Assembly (NCBI GenBank): GCA_017961235.1
Contig: JAGCXQ010000062.1
Span: forward strand, 15,052 to 79,051
Direction: 5' to 3'
Source: Clostridiales bacterium
GTDB lineage: Bacteria > Bacillota > Clostridia > Saccharofermentanales > Saccharofermentanaceae
DNA: 64,000 nt
Made by a program: the position numbers and the translations under genes. The notes under the pieces were generated by a model. That model saw only the letters and a list, made by a program, of their open reading frames with translations. It was not told the DNA's origin and did no database searches. Of this stretch, positions 37,169-46,390 are shown one piece after another. The number at the start of each line of letters is the position of its first letter. Within the stretch, counting starts at the first letter, position 1.

Positions 37169-37918
37169 TTATTGTGCTACAGACGTTGTCGGTTTTTCTA
37201 CGGGCGGCTGCTCCGTCGGGCTGAGGAACACCACCTTATACTCACTGTGCACCTTTGCAAGTGTTTTGATAATGATCTCTTTGAGATGTGCTTCCGCCTT
37301 CTCATAGATACCATTCTTCTCTGCAGACTCAAGCTGCTGTGCCTTTACTTCGGACAGACGTACATTCACCTCATCTGCACGGATCGGATTAAAGATGTTA
37401 TTGTCCTGCATGATCGTCACTTTCTCCTGCGGGAGATTGTTATCTACGACACTCGGCTTCAGCGGGATGGTGATGTAGATCTCTTTCTTCTGATTGTTGA
37501 CCACAGTCTTCAGTTCATTGAGATCGTAACCGACCTTGATCGTGCCGGCATATACGATCTGGATCTTATGCTGTGTGCCCCAGATATCGAAATCCGTATA
37601 AGGGATCTGAAGATTATCGACTACATTGGCGGTTCCCGCGTAATCCTCGGAATAGGTCATCAGTTCAGCGATATCCTTAAGCTGCTCCATAACATTATCT
37701 CTTGTCAGGATGATGCCGTGGAATTTCTCTTCTTCCGCGATGATCGCCTCTCTGGATCCTCCGTTCTTCACTTTACCGGAGCGTCCCCATCCGAAGACGA
37801 ATACTGCAACATAAAACATTCCGATGATGGCCATGAGGACGAAGAGTCTGTGGCCCCACTTTGAGAAGAAGCCTCTCTCCTTTACTCTCTTGCCATTTAC
37901 ATATTCATAGTTTCTCAT
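37169..37918 (-). CDS. Membrane-anchored DUF4230-like protein
   Basis: ATG 37918 follows GAAGGAGGAAAA. One N-terminal TM. The pattern ...IAELMTYSEDYAGT...VYAGTIKVGYDLNEL... resembles DUF4230, assigned from memory. Confidence 0.55.
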   Translation of the reverse strand: MRNYEYVNGKRVKERGFFSKWGHRLFVLMAIIGMFYVAVFVFGWGRSGKVKNGGSREAIIAEEEKFHGIILTRDNVMEQLKDIAELMTYSEDYAGTANVVDNLQIPYTDFDIWGTQHKIQIVYAGTIKVGYDLNELKTVVNNQKKEIYITIPLKPSVVDNNLPQEKVTIMQDNNIFNPIRADEVNVRLSEVKAQQLESAEKNGIYEKAEAHLKEIIIKTLAKVHSEYKVVFLSPTEQPPVEKPTTSVAQ

Positions 37919-38244
37919 AGCTTTTCCTCCTTCATCATTCGCGGACCTTCTGTAGCACAATTTATAAGTTCTCGCGATTTCGTGAGTTGTTTTCTAATAC
38001 CCTTTACTCTTTTTTCGAGCTTTTCCCTCTTTCCAGCTCATGTTCTCTCATATTAATGATAAATGATATCGGCGGATAAGTCCTCTTTATTTTTTTAACA
38101 AATTTAGAAATAAACGTGAATGGCTTATTCCTTTTGTTCTGACTATAGTTTATAATCTACGGTGTCAAACAAAAAACGGTCCGCGATACATTTTAGGGGC
38201 GGCTAATTTGTTTTGAACTTCAAAATATAAATTGGAGCGGGAAT

Positions 38245-38742
38245 ATGGGAAGAAAATCGACGAAAGAAAACAAGAATATTTACCAGATCAGTCGAGAGGC
38301 GCAAAACCTTACGCGTGACGCTGCTTCTGAGAAACTGCAGTACATCTCGGCAGACCGTATCGAGAAGATCGAGAACGAAAAGACACTCCCTCATCCGGAA
38401 GAGATCCTGGCCATGGCGGACTGCTATAAGAATCCTTCCCTTTGCAACTACTTCTGCTCTCATGAGTGCCCGATCGGTCAGGAATATGTTCCTGAAGTAG
38501 TACCGAAAGAACTTTCCCAGATCACTCTGGAGATGATCGCGACTCTGAATTCCATCGATAGAAACAAGAACCGTCTTATCGAGATCACTGTAGATGGCAA
38601 GGTCAATGACGATGAGCTTCCCGACTTCATCGAGATCAAGAATGAACTGGATAAGATGGCACTGACCATCGACTCCCTGCGTCTGTGGATCGACAATGCG
38701 ATCGCTGCCGGCGCTCTCAATAAGGAAGACTTTAACAAGTAA
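38245..38742 (+). CDS. XRE-family HTH regulator with a four-Cys cluster
   Basis: N-terminal HTH (IYQISREAQNLTRDAASEKLQYISADRIEKIENEK), then CYKNPSLCNYFCSHEC (C-x7-C-x3-C-x3-C). Confidence 0.75.
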   Translation: MGRKSTKENKNIYQISREAQNLTRDAASEKLQYISADRIEKIENEKTLPHPEEILAMADCYKNPSLCNYFCSHECPIGQEYVPEVVPKELSQITLEMIATLNSIDRNKNRLIEITVDGKVNDDELPDFIEIKNELDKMALTIDSLRLWIDNAIAAGALNKEDFNK

Positions 38743-38766
38743 TTTCAAATAACAGCACATAAAAAA

Positions 38767-38800
38767 AGAGCCCGTATGTCTCACTCATACGGGCTCTTTT
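38767..38800. terminator. Bidirectional rho-independent terminator
   Basis: AGAGCCCGTATG (38767-38778) pairs with CATACGGGCTCT (38786-38797), with A7 upstream and T4 downstream. Confidence 0.75.
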
Positions 38801-38949
38801 GTTGAAAGTGGAGGTGTTTTGTTTTCCTGACAGACCCTTCGTCCGTGGAAGGTCGACTGATCTACCAGTCCGATCCGTCTGCTCAGCTGGGGGAATGTAT
38901 GCATTGCCTCGCATAAGCGGATCATTTGAAGCCTTTTGTCTAAATCCAT
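38785..38949 (-). CDS. Candidate small ORF (54 aa), not in ORF track
   Basis: ATG 38949 lies 9 nt after AAGGA. Translation MDLDKRLQMIRLCEAMHTFPQLSRRIGLVDQSTFHGRRVCQENKTPPLSTKEPV. The TGA falls in the loop of the bidirectional terminator. No homology evidence is available to me. Confidence 0.3.
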   Translation of the reverse strand: MDLDKRLQMIRLCEAMHTFPQLSRRIGLVDQSTFHGRRVCQENKTPPLSTKEPV

Positions 38950-39091
38950 GAAGTCACATCCTTGCTTCAGTTACTGTTTTCCAATTCTTTTCGGTTGCCT
39001 TGAAGTTATTCTATTACTCCTTTTCGAAAAGTTACACAGCCATACGAAGTAAAATAAGCCCTCCTATTTTCTCTGAAACTGCATTTTAGAA

Positions 39092-39100
39092 TGATATAAT
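39092..39100 (+). promoter_or_regulatory. Extended -10 element (TGaTATAAT)
   Basis: TGATATAAT lies 35 nt upstream of ATG 39135. It overlaps the track's alternative ATG 39099, which argues for the 39135 start. Confidence 0.5.
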
Positions 39101-39134
39101 GAGAAATATAGAAAAAGAGTCGGGAGGAACGGTC

Positions 39135-39677
39135 ATGAAATACGTATTTATCTCACTTCAGGAAAGCAGCAAAATCGATTTTTCCGGAGCGGAAAAGCTC
39201 GCAAAGACAGACCATCTGGTTTTTCTCTATGTAAAAGGCAAGAAGACTCTTCCCGCCTCTGTCAAAGAAGCGCTTACCGAAGTAAAAGCGGAGATCGAAT
39301 ATGTCGAGATAGCTAATACTTCCGAACTTATCCCGGTCCTGTCCTATCTGATCGGATTCCATGAAGCAAGCAAACACGATGTCATCGTGATTACGGAAGA
39401 TAAAAGTAAGCTCCCGTCCAAGGTCGTAAAAGGCGCGAAGGTGTATAGTGCTTTTCGATCGGTAACAGGCGCGGCCTCTGCTTCTACCGCGAAGAAGACC
39501 ACTTCTGCAAAGAAGTCCACCTCCTCGAAAACCTCGTCCACATCAAAGAAAACATCTGCGTCGAAGAAATCCACCACTGCAAAGAAATCGACCACGAAAA
39601 AGAGTACAGCGAAAAAGAAAGACGATGTGCTCGATGTTACCGACATCTTAAACACGATCGTGAAGAAGATGTTCTGA
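39135..39677 (+). CDS. Hypothetical protein: small alpha/beta N-domain + Lys/Ser/Thr-rich histone-H1-like tail
   Basis: ATG follows GGGAGG. The N-terminal roughly 110 aa alternate beta/alpha elements (YVFISL, HLVFLYV, IEYVEI, DVIVITED). The tail is AKKTTSAKKSTSSKTSSTSKKTSASKKSTTAKKSTTKKSTAKKK. Confidence 0.65.
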   Translation: MKYVFISLQESSKIDFSGAEKLAKTDHLVFLYVKGKKTLPASVKEALTEVKAEIEYVEIANTSELIPVLSYLIGFHEASKHDVIVITEDKSKLPSKVVKGAKVYSAFRSVTGAASASTAKKTTSAKKSTSSKTSSTSKKTSASKKSTTAKKSTTKKSTAKKKDDVLDVTDILNTIVKKMF

Positions 39678-39696
39678 GATATCCCACGAAAAAAAG

Positions 39697-39732
39697 AAGG
39701 ACCTCTCGTATTTTCAGGAGAGGTCCTTTTTG
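39697..39732. terminator. Bidirectional rho-independent terminator
   Basis: AAGGACCTCTC (39697-39707) pairs with GAGAGGTCCTT (39718-39728), with an A-run upstream and TTTTTG downstream. Confidence 0.8.
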
Positions 39733-40518
39733 TTATCTTAAATCCTTCTTCTCATACCTGACATAGGCGATGACGACGCCGGCGATCATGAATACCATCC
39801 CGGGAAGAAGATACTTTAGTTCCAGATGCCCGCTCTCGATAATGTCCGCGGTATCTGTATAGGCGAAGGCAGAAACATACTTCAGAAAACGCGCCGATGT
39901 CGAGATATTCGCAACAATGTTTAGAAAATACATCAGGCAGGCCACTCCGATGCCGATTCCGAGTCCACCGCGCGTCAGGAACGACGAGATACCGAAACAG
40001 ATCCCCGCGATCTCCAGCTGCATCAGAAGATACGCAAGATGGATCAGGAACAGTTCCTTCCAGAAGATCTCCTCTCCGATAGCAGCTACCGATACGACCG
40101 ACAAAACCAGAACGATCGCATTGAGGATCAGGATGATCGAGAGAACGCTCAGGAGTTTTGACGTGATCACCTTCTTCCGGGAAACCGGATGCGAGAAGAG
40201 AAATTCAGCGGTATGGTCGCGTTCTTCCTTCATGAGCGCGGACACGCCCACGATCGCGGCGAAGAAAGCGCCGCCGATACCCAGGATGTTGCCGCACTCG
40301 ACAGAGTAAAATCCGATGATCGTACCGAAATCAAGGCGGTCCATGCCAAATGCTTCCGTGAAATTACCCATCGAGGAGAACATTTCATTCACGTCGCCCA
40401 TCTGCGACTTCATCTCCGGAAACATCAGGACACACGTTGCGATCAGAAGTCCGATCGCAAGGCTCCAGATCAGGAGCATTTTCTGCTGCATATGTATTTC
40501 TTGCTTTAGTACCGTCAT
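39733..40518 (-). CDS. ABC-2 type exporter permease
   Basis: 261 aa with 6 TM segments. ATGA-type overlap with the upstream ATPase gene. Confidence 0.8.
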   Translation of the reverse strand: MTVLKQEIHMQQKMLLIWSLAIGLLIATCVLMFPEMKSQMGDVNEMFSSMGNFTEAFGMDRLDFGTIIGFYSVECGNILGIGGAFFAAIVGVSALMKEERDHTAEFLFSHPVSRKKVITSKLLSVLSIILILNAIVLVLSVVSVAAIGEEIFWKELFLIHLAYLLMQLEIAGICFGISSFLTRGGLGIGIGVACLMYFLNIVANISTSARFLKYVSAFAYTDTADIIESGHLELKYLLPGMVFMIAGVVIAYVRYEKKDLR

Positions 40519-41417
40519 TTTCTTTCCTCTCCCGCCTCATAATAATGCATGAAGATCTCTTCGAGACTCGGCTCCGTGATCGTAATGTCACGGATCTTCT
40601 CGCCTGCCAGGATGGTCAGGAGCTTCTGGATATCTCCCCTATATAAGAATTTCAGCTCATCTTCCCTGGCGTCTTCTGTATATGTGATGCCGGGGATCCC
40701 CTGAAGTTTTTCTCTGGTAAGCGAGCCGGTCACAGTGATCTTCCGTGTTCCCGTCTGTTCGAGGTCTGCGACCTTATCGGAAAGAAGGATACTTCCGTCC
40801 TTGATAAAGGCCGCACTTCTGCAGTATGCCTGCACTTCCGACAGGATATGCGACGAGAAAAAGATCGTTGATCCTTCTCTATTTTCTTCCGTTAATATCG
40901 AGAAGAATTCTCTTTGCATCAGCGGATCGAGCCCGGATGTCGGCTCATCAAGGATCAGAAGATCCGGGTGATGCTGGACCGCACAGACGATCCCGACCTT
41001 CTTTCTGTTTCCGAGCGAGAGGTCTTCCACCTTTTTCATCGGATCGAGATCGAGCCGCTCACAGAGCTCCTGTGCGCGCTTACTGCAGCTCGCCCCGCGA
41101 AGATCGGCAGAGTACCGGATAGCGTCTTTTACGCGCATCTTCGGATAAAAGAAGATCTCCGAAGGAAGGTACCCGATTTTACTTAATATCTTTTCTTTTT
41201 CATTTACGATGTCGTGTCCGAGAACCGTCGCGCCTCCGGATGTAAGATGAATAAGGCCGAGGAGCGTTCTGATCGTCGTTGATTTACCGGCTCCGTTTGG
41301 GCCGATAAATCCGAAGAAATCCCCCTCCTCCACTTTCAGATCCAGATCCACAATGCCTCGGGATCCGCCATAGGACTTCGTTAATTTCCTGGTATCAATA
41401 GCAAGTGCTTTTCCCAT
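40515..41417 (-). CDS. ABC transporter ATP-binding protein
   Basis: Walker A GPNGAGKST, signature LSLGNRKK, Walker B LLILDEPTSGLD. Confidence 0.9.
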   Translation of the reverse strand: MGKALAIDTRKLTKSYGGSRGIVDLDLKVEEGDFFGFIGPNGAGKSTTIRTLLGLIHLTSGGATVLGHDIVNEKEKILSKIGYLPSEIFFYPKMRVKDAIRYSADLRGASCSKRAQELCERLDLDPMKKVEDLSLGNRKKVGIVCAVQHHPDLLILDEPTSGLDPLMQREFFSILTEENREGSTIFFSSHILSEVQAYCRSAAFIKDGSILLSDKVADLEQTGTRKITVTGSLTREKLQGIPGITYTEDAREDELKFLYRGDIQKLLTILAGEKIRDITITEPSLEEIFMHYYEAGEERK

Positions 41418-41429
41418 ATTCAGAACCTC

Positions 41430-42035
41430 TTACTTCAAATACATTTTCTTCCAGAAACCGATCAGATCTTTGTAATCCGAGATGACCTTATCGATATCGA
41501 TCGGCCCCTTGTGCTGCATCTGATAGAGATATCCTTCGGAGGCGAGATAGATATCCTGATACATCATCTTGAGGTCGATCCCCTCTTTAAAGACCGAAGG
41601 ATCGAGTTTCGGAAGTGTCGTATTTGTGTGGAGTTTCGAGTAAGGTTCGATGATCTTTACGAGCTCGCTTCTTACTTCTTCATCATCTTCGTAGTAAGCC
41701 TTTAATGCAAAAGCACTCATATCCGGATACTTGCGCATCATCTCCGTCTTGGCAAGAAGCCCTCTGTACATCATCTCGAAAATGTCGTTTTCCTCATAGC
41801 ATCCGGCACGCGTGACATACTGACGGGTCAGATCCTCTGCCGTTTTCATGAGAAAGAGATACAGTTCTTTCTTGTTTCTAAAGTAGAAAAACAGCAGGGA
41901 TTTACTAATGCCGGCTTCGGCTGCGATCTCATTCATCGGACTTTTCCGATAAGAGTTATTCGCAAACACACGAAAGCCGGCATTTAAGATGCGGTTTTGT
42001 TTTTCTTCCGGGAGCTGGTAAAACTTCTCGTTCAT
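41430..42035 (-). CDS. TetR/AcrR-family transcriptional regulator
   Basis: N-terminal HTH ILNAGFRVFANNSYRKSPMNEIAAEAGISKSLLFFYFRNKKELY. Confidence 0.9.
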   Translation of the reverse strand: MNEKFYQLPEEKQNRILNAGFRVFANNSYRKSPMNEIAAEAGISKSLLFFYFRNKKELYLFLMKTAEDLTRQYVTRAGCYEENDIFEMMYRGLLAKTEMMRKYPDMSAFALKAYYEDDEEVRSELVKIIEPYSKLHTNTTLPKLDPSVFKEGIDLKMMYQDIYLASEGYLYQMQHKGPIDIDKVISDYKDLIGFWKKMYLK

Positions 42036-42059
42036 GGTATTTTCCCTTTCCGTGATTCA

Positions 42060-42076
42060 TTGACCGAATCGGTTAA
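42060..42076. promoter_or_regulatory. Candidate TetR operator (inverted repeat)
   Basis: TTGACCGAATCGGTTAA with core ACCGA-A-TCGGT, 25 nt upstream of the TetR ATG. An extra TTGACCG half-site sits at 42093-42099. Confidence 0.35.
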
Positions 42077-42126
42077 TACCATTTTTACGCTATTGACCGT
42101 TTTTGAGAAGACCCCTCCGTGAAGAT

Positions 42127-43185
42127 TTATGCTTTTTCCGGATGGAATTCTTTTCCACTCGGAAGCTGTGGATCGGAAGAGGCACAGATCTGAAGTGTCA
42201 TTTTCTGATCGATCGTACCGAACTTCGCGACGATCACGTTACCTTCGTCATTCTCACCATAGATAATGAGACAGGCATTATCATCCTTTACTGCCTTAAT
42301 ATGCATATTCTCATACGTGGAGCCGCCGCGCTTCACAGTAACAGCAGCCGGATCAGAGGATGTGTCGAAGCTGATCTTGATGCCTTCGTGGTTGTCCACA
42401 TACTCACCCTGCCACTTCGCCAGGTCGGAAGATGATATATCACTCGTTGCCGGGATCGCCGGAACCAGTGTCATAAAGGCAGCCTCTTCTGCCGGATTAT
42501 AAAGGATAAACGAACCCAGGCAGCCGTTTCTGTCGATCTCCTGATAGGCCTCGATCCATTCGATCGCCTTATCCGAAAGCTGGGAAACAGGTGTATTCGG
42601 AAGATAAAGAATGATCTCATCTGCCTTTGTAAATCCATACGGATCGCTATAGGTCACCTCTGCGGGAAGATCCATGTAGCGGTCGCTCTTCTTATCGAAC
42701 TTCTCTGTCTCCATTGTCTTCACATGTGCGGAGAAAGAATATTCATTGACTCTCGTGAATCCATCGATAGTGCCGTTAAATGTGCACTGCAGCATATCAT
42801 ATCCATCACCATCTAAATTTGGTAAAGCACTTTCATAGCCGCCTGTAAATGTATTATTCTTGCTGTCGATCTTAATATCCGTGTACCAGCTGGTAAGCGC
42901 CGTAAGATGGCAATATATCTCTGCCGGAAGCGTAAAGGAATCATCCGAATAGATAGAATTGATGTCCTGATCCAGTTTTTTCATCAGCTCAGAGGGCTCT
43001 TTTGCTTCTGTAGTCTTAGCTGTCTCTTCTGACTTAGTCTGTGTGGGTTCGAGTTTCTCATGCTCCTCCGAGCTTACCGAACTTGTACTCTTTACCTTGG
43101 ACTTTGCATCGTCTTTAACTTTGTTACATCCCGACATTGCAAGGCTTACAGCCATCACGCCGGCAAGAATGATTCTCTTTTTCAT
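42127..43185 (-). CDS. Hypothetical lipoprotein (352 aa)
   Basis: Signal peptide with lipobox AMSGC and a Ser/Thr/Glu-rich linker. No recognised domain. Confidence 0.7.
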   Translation of the reverse strand: MKKRIILAGVMAVSLAMSGCNKVKDDAKSKVKSTSSVSSEEHEKLEPTQTKSEETAKTTEAKEPSELMKKLDQDINSIYSDDSFTLPAEIYCHLTALTSWYTDIKIDSKNNTFTGGYESALPNLDGDGYDMLQCTFNGTIDGFTRVNEYSFSAHVKTMETEKFDKKSDRYMDLPAEVTYSDPYGFTKADEIILYLPNTPVSQLSDKAIEWIEAYQEIDRNGCLGSFILYNPAEEAAFMTLVPAIPATSDISSSDLAKWQGEYVDNHEGIKISFDTSSDPAAVTVKRGGSTYENMHIKAVKDDNACLIIYGENDEGNVIVAKFGTIDQKMTLQICASSDPQLPSGKEFHPEKA

Positions 43186-43225
43186 AGATACTATTCCCTC
43201 TATCTTTTCATTTTTTCCGTTCTAC

Positions 43226-43234
43226 ATTATACCA
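43226..43234 (-). promoter_or_regulatory. Extended -10 element (TGgTATAAT) for the 43185 lipoprotein gene
   Basis: Minus strand reads TGGTATAAT about 40 nt upstream of the ATG. Confidence 0.45.
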
Positions 43235-43277
43235 TTTGAGGGAAAATGATAATGACATTTATATCACTTTCACAGCA

Positions 43278-43904
43278 TCAGATCTTGATGCGCTGATAGT
43301 AAAAGCACGCCAGCTGAGTGCGATCACGAAGATCGAGTTTACTTAAAACGGAGCTGATCATGTTCCGCACCGTTCCTTCTCCGAGGAACATCTTCTGGGC
43401 GATCTCTTTATTCGAAAGACCCTCCGCTACCAGTTCGACGATTTCCTGCTCCTTGGGCGTGATATCATAGTCCTCCCACCGGAACGACTCGCTTCTGTTC
43501 AGAAGGTCAGGAAGTCTCTCTACGATCTTTCCGCCAAATACTGTCTGCCCGCCATAGACCGCACGCACCGCATCCGACAGTGAGGCGCAGTCCTGCTTGA
43601 GGATATATCCTTTCGCACCGACCTTCAGCGCCTGATTGATATATTCGTCATCCAGAAAGGTCGTCAGAAGGATCACTTTCGCCTGAGGATCGATCTTTAA
43701 TATCTCGGATGTTGCCGCAAGTCCGTCCATATCTTCCATACGGATGTCCGACAGTACCAGATCCGGCTTTACTTCGGCAAAAGCACTTACTGCTTCGCGT
43801 CCGCTGCTGCAGAGACTGACTACCTCGATATCTCCGTCTTTTTCCAGAATGATCTTTAATGACTCCTGTACGAGTGGATCATCATCCACGATCATGATCT
43901 TCAT
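43278..43904 (-). CDS. Response regulator, NarL/LuxR (DegU/LiaR-like) family
   Basis: Receiver domain IMIVDDD...DLVLSDIRM. C-terminal LuxR HTH LSNKEIAQKMFLGEGTVRNMISSVLSKL. Confidence 0.9.
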   Translation of the reverse strand: MKIMIVDDDPLVQESLKIILEKDGDIEVVSLCSSGREAVSAFAEVKPDLVLSDIRMEDMDGLAATSEILKIDPQAKVILLTTFLDDEYINQALKVGAKGYILKQDCASLSDAVRAVYGGQTVFGGKIVERLPDLLNRSESFRWEDYDITPKEQEIVELVAEGLSNKEIAQKMFLGEGTVRNMISSVLSKLDLRDRTQLACFYYQRIKI

Positions 43905-45139
43905 TTAATCTTTCCTCCCTGCTTCGGTATCGTTACCGTGATATGAAAGCCGTTCGGTCCGCTCTGGATGGATGTTCTTCCTCCGACGGAGACCGCACGT
44001 GAATTGATATTATATAGTCCGATGCCGTGCTCCCCTTCGAGCGCGGCAAAGTCAGACGGACGAGAATACTCGGCAACCTTGCATTTGCCGTCATCGGATA
44101 CGAGTACGCGCCAGAAGGTCACGTTCTCCACGACCTCCAGGCGCACATTCTTACCATTACAGTGTTTCGATATATTCGTCACACCCTCTTTAATGATTCC
44201 GAGGATCGCATTCTTCACATCATTCGGCACCGGAGACTCGATCGATGTACTGACAGTCACATCGAAGCGATCCTTGATCGCGGAGGCGACCTCATGGATA
44301 CCGATTGAAAGATCGATGGAATCATCATGCAGTTCGTGTACCGAACGGCGGATATTCGTCATGGCCTCATTGACCGTGGAGCTGACCGACTCGAGGTAAG
44401 GCTTCGTCTTCTCATCCTGGTTGATGACGGAGATCGCCTGCAGCTGCACGACCGCTCTCGTCAGCATATGTCCCACGTTATCGTGTATCTCTCTCGCGAT
44501 ACGGTTTCTCTCGGAAAGAGTGGCATTTCTGATCTGCATATCCACGTTATTCGCGATCTCGTTTTTCAGTCTCTGGGTCTGCTGGGCATCGTAGCGGACA
44601 GCATCAAACTTCTCTGTCAGGAGTGCTTCTTTTCTATGCATAAATACGGTCTTCACCGCCATGAGTGCCGCCACCGGGATCAGTAATACCAGATACGATC
44701 TTACTAAGACAGCACAGGCACCGGCAAGAAGGATCACCTTGATCCACAGCGCTTTCTCAGAGGCGATCGACCAGTCGTTCTTCGATGCATTTTTCTGGCT
44801 GTGCCACTTCGTAAGCATCGCCTCCATTTTACTATCGGAAAACAGCCCGTACACACCTGCCGGAATTGCGATCGATGCTTCCGGTATCAAGAAAGACATC
44901 GCTCCGGCAAGGATCAGTACTCCGGCGCTTACATACTGATTCCGGAAAACCTCGGTTACCAGAAGGGCAATTACAATCCCCAGAACACAGGCCACTGTGA
45001 ACTCGTTATTCTGAACGATCGTGTACCGGCCCGACTCTTCCCCGAACAGCAGAAACAGCGCTGCCACCGAAAGCCCGCACAGTATTAACTTGTCGATAAG
45101 TCTATAAACCATGAGAACATTATATCGCAAAAGTGACAT
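43901..45139 (-). CDS. Sensor histidine kinase (HisKA_3 type), multi-TM sensor domain
   Basis: H-box RNRIAREIHDNVGHMLT. HATPase_c motifs (EGVTNISKH, GIGLYNI). 4-5 N-terminal TM segments. ATGA overlap with the regulator gene. Confidence 0.85.
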   Translation of the reverse strand: MSLLRYNVLMVYRLIDKLILCGLSVAALFLLFGEESGRYTIVQNNEFTVACVLGIVIALLVTEVFRNQYVSAGVLILAGAMSFLIPEASIAIPAGVYGLFSDSKMEAMLTKWHSQKNASKNDWSIASEKALWIKVILLAGACAVLVRSYLVLLIPVAALMAVKTVFMHRKEALLTEKFDAVRYDAQQTQRLKNEIANNVDMQIRNATLSERNRIAREIHDNVGHMLTRAVVQLQAISVINQDEKTKPYLESVSSTVNEAMTNIRRSVHELHDDSIDLSIGIHEVASAIKDRFDVTVSTSIESPVPNDVKNAILGIIKEGVTNISKHCNGKNVRLEVVENVTFWRVLVSDDGKCKVAEYSRPSDFAALEGEHGIGLYNINSRAVSVGGRTSIQSGPNGFHITVTIPKQGGKIK

Positions 45140-45184
45140 ACAATCCTATGCGCCGAGGACCAGCCGAAGACCTGTCTTTTTGAT

Positions 45185-46390
45185 TTATGCTTTTCCTTGT
45201 CTTGCCTTCTTGATAACAAAGGAGATCATAATGAAGGCCAGTCCGAAGAGCACCTGTACACCAAGGGATGCGAAGATATTTCCGACGCTGAAGGTGTAGT
45301 TCATGCCGGATCCGGCATAGATGGTGTTCAGTACTTTTCCCGACCAGAAGAACGGGAGGAAGTGTGCGAATGCCTGCACTCCGCTGCCCATGAGGTAGAA
45401 CGGTACGAAGATACCGCACAGGAAGCTCATGGAAAGACCTGCTGCATTGCAGATAAGGCTGAGTGTTCCCGGTGTCAGGTTGAAGTTTGAGATCAAGAGA
45501 GCGAATCCGCTGATGTAGAAGGTGGTGGTGATGAGGTTCAAAACAACGACCCATCCATACTTGCTCATCATGTCGGTATTACCTGCATAGACGAAACTGA
45601 AGATGGTGTAGATCAGAACCAGTACCACAGCACAGGTCATCAGTCCTGCCATCTGCGCCCAGGCCTTCCTTCCCGGCTTTACCGGCGCCGCTTCGATCCT
45701 TGCGGCAACAGTTTTCTTATTCGCAGCGATGATCGCGGAGGCGATGGACATGCCCAGGATCCAGAGGCAGACGAAGCAGAAGTAATTAAGGATCATGTAG
45801 GTCGCATATTCATTTGCATTCGTGTGCCGTGTTTCCTTCTTCTCTGTTACCACACCGAAGGTTACATCAGACACTGTCATTTCCATTGCTTTTTCCGAGG
45901 CATCATGGGCATTCATTCCCATTGCGCGATAGCTTCTGTAAATGTTTACGAAAGAATCGATATCATTGGCGAAGCTGAAGGTCTTACCGGACACCTGGCT
46001 GTGGGAGGAATAACTCAGGGAGATGTCCTCGCCGGCGTCGATCTTCTCCTGAAAATGTTCCGGTACTTCGATGAAGAAATCCGAGATGGAGAAGTAAAGG
46101 ATATCATTGATGGACTCTTCCGAAGAAGTGGTGTCGTCCTCGACATCGCCGTAGTTGTCGATCAGTTTTCTGATCGCAGTGGAGAGCTCGCTTTTATCGT
46201 TATCACGGAAAAGCACTCCGAGATTATTGTAATCGACACTCTTTTCCGTCGGGCTCGCTTCGTTCTTGTCGATGATATGCGGAGCAGAAAAGATCATGGA
46301 AGCGGCATAAACAAACATGATGATCGATGCGATGATGACCGCGGCCTTATTTGCTTTTACCAGTTTGAAGAAATTCTTATAAAGCTGCAT
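45185..46390 (-). CDS. ABC-2 type exporter permease
   Basis: 401 aa: N-terminal TM, large extracytoplasmic loop, then 5 TM segments. Confidence 0.75.
   Translation of the reverse strand: MQLYKNFFKLVKANKAAVIIASIIMFVYAASMIFSAPHIIDKNEASPTEKSVDYNNLGVLFRDNDKSELSTAIRKLIDNYGDVEDDTTSSEESINDILYFSISDFFIEVPEHFQEKIDAGEDISLSYSSHSQVSGKTFSFANDIDSFVNIYRSYRAMGMNAHDASEKAMEMTVSDVTFGVVTEKKETRHTNANEYATYMILNYFCFVCLWILGMSIASAIIAANKKTVAARIEAAPVKPGRKAWAQMAGLMTCAVVLVLIYTIFSFVYAGNTDMMSKYGWVVVLNLITTTFYISGFALLISNFNLTPGTLSLICNAAGLSMSFLCGIFVPFYLMGSGVQAFAHFLPFFWSGKVLNTIYAGSGMNYTFSVGNIFASLGVQVLFGLAFIMISFVIKKARQGKA

Noticed and set aside
38732-38914. 60-aa minus-strand ORF from the track
   Set aside because: It runs through the bidirectional terminator and into the 3' end of the XRE gene, and it has no RBS. 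The differently framed 54-aa ORF (38785-38949) has better start and stop context, though it too is only a weak call.
38800-39090. Long spacer searched for SRP RNA, tmRNA, 6S RNA or riboswitch signatures
   Set aside because: I could find no conserved cores: no GGAAGCAGC-type SRP domain IV, no tRNA-like 3' end or tag reading frame, and no recognisable riboswitch motif. Only a short imperfect hairpin (GACCCTT..AAGGTC) is present.
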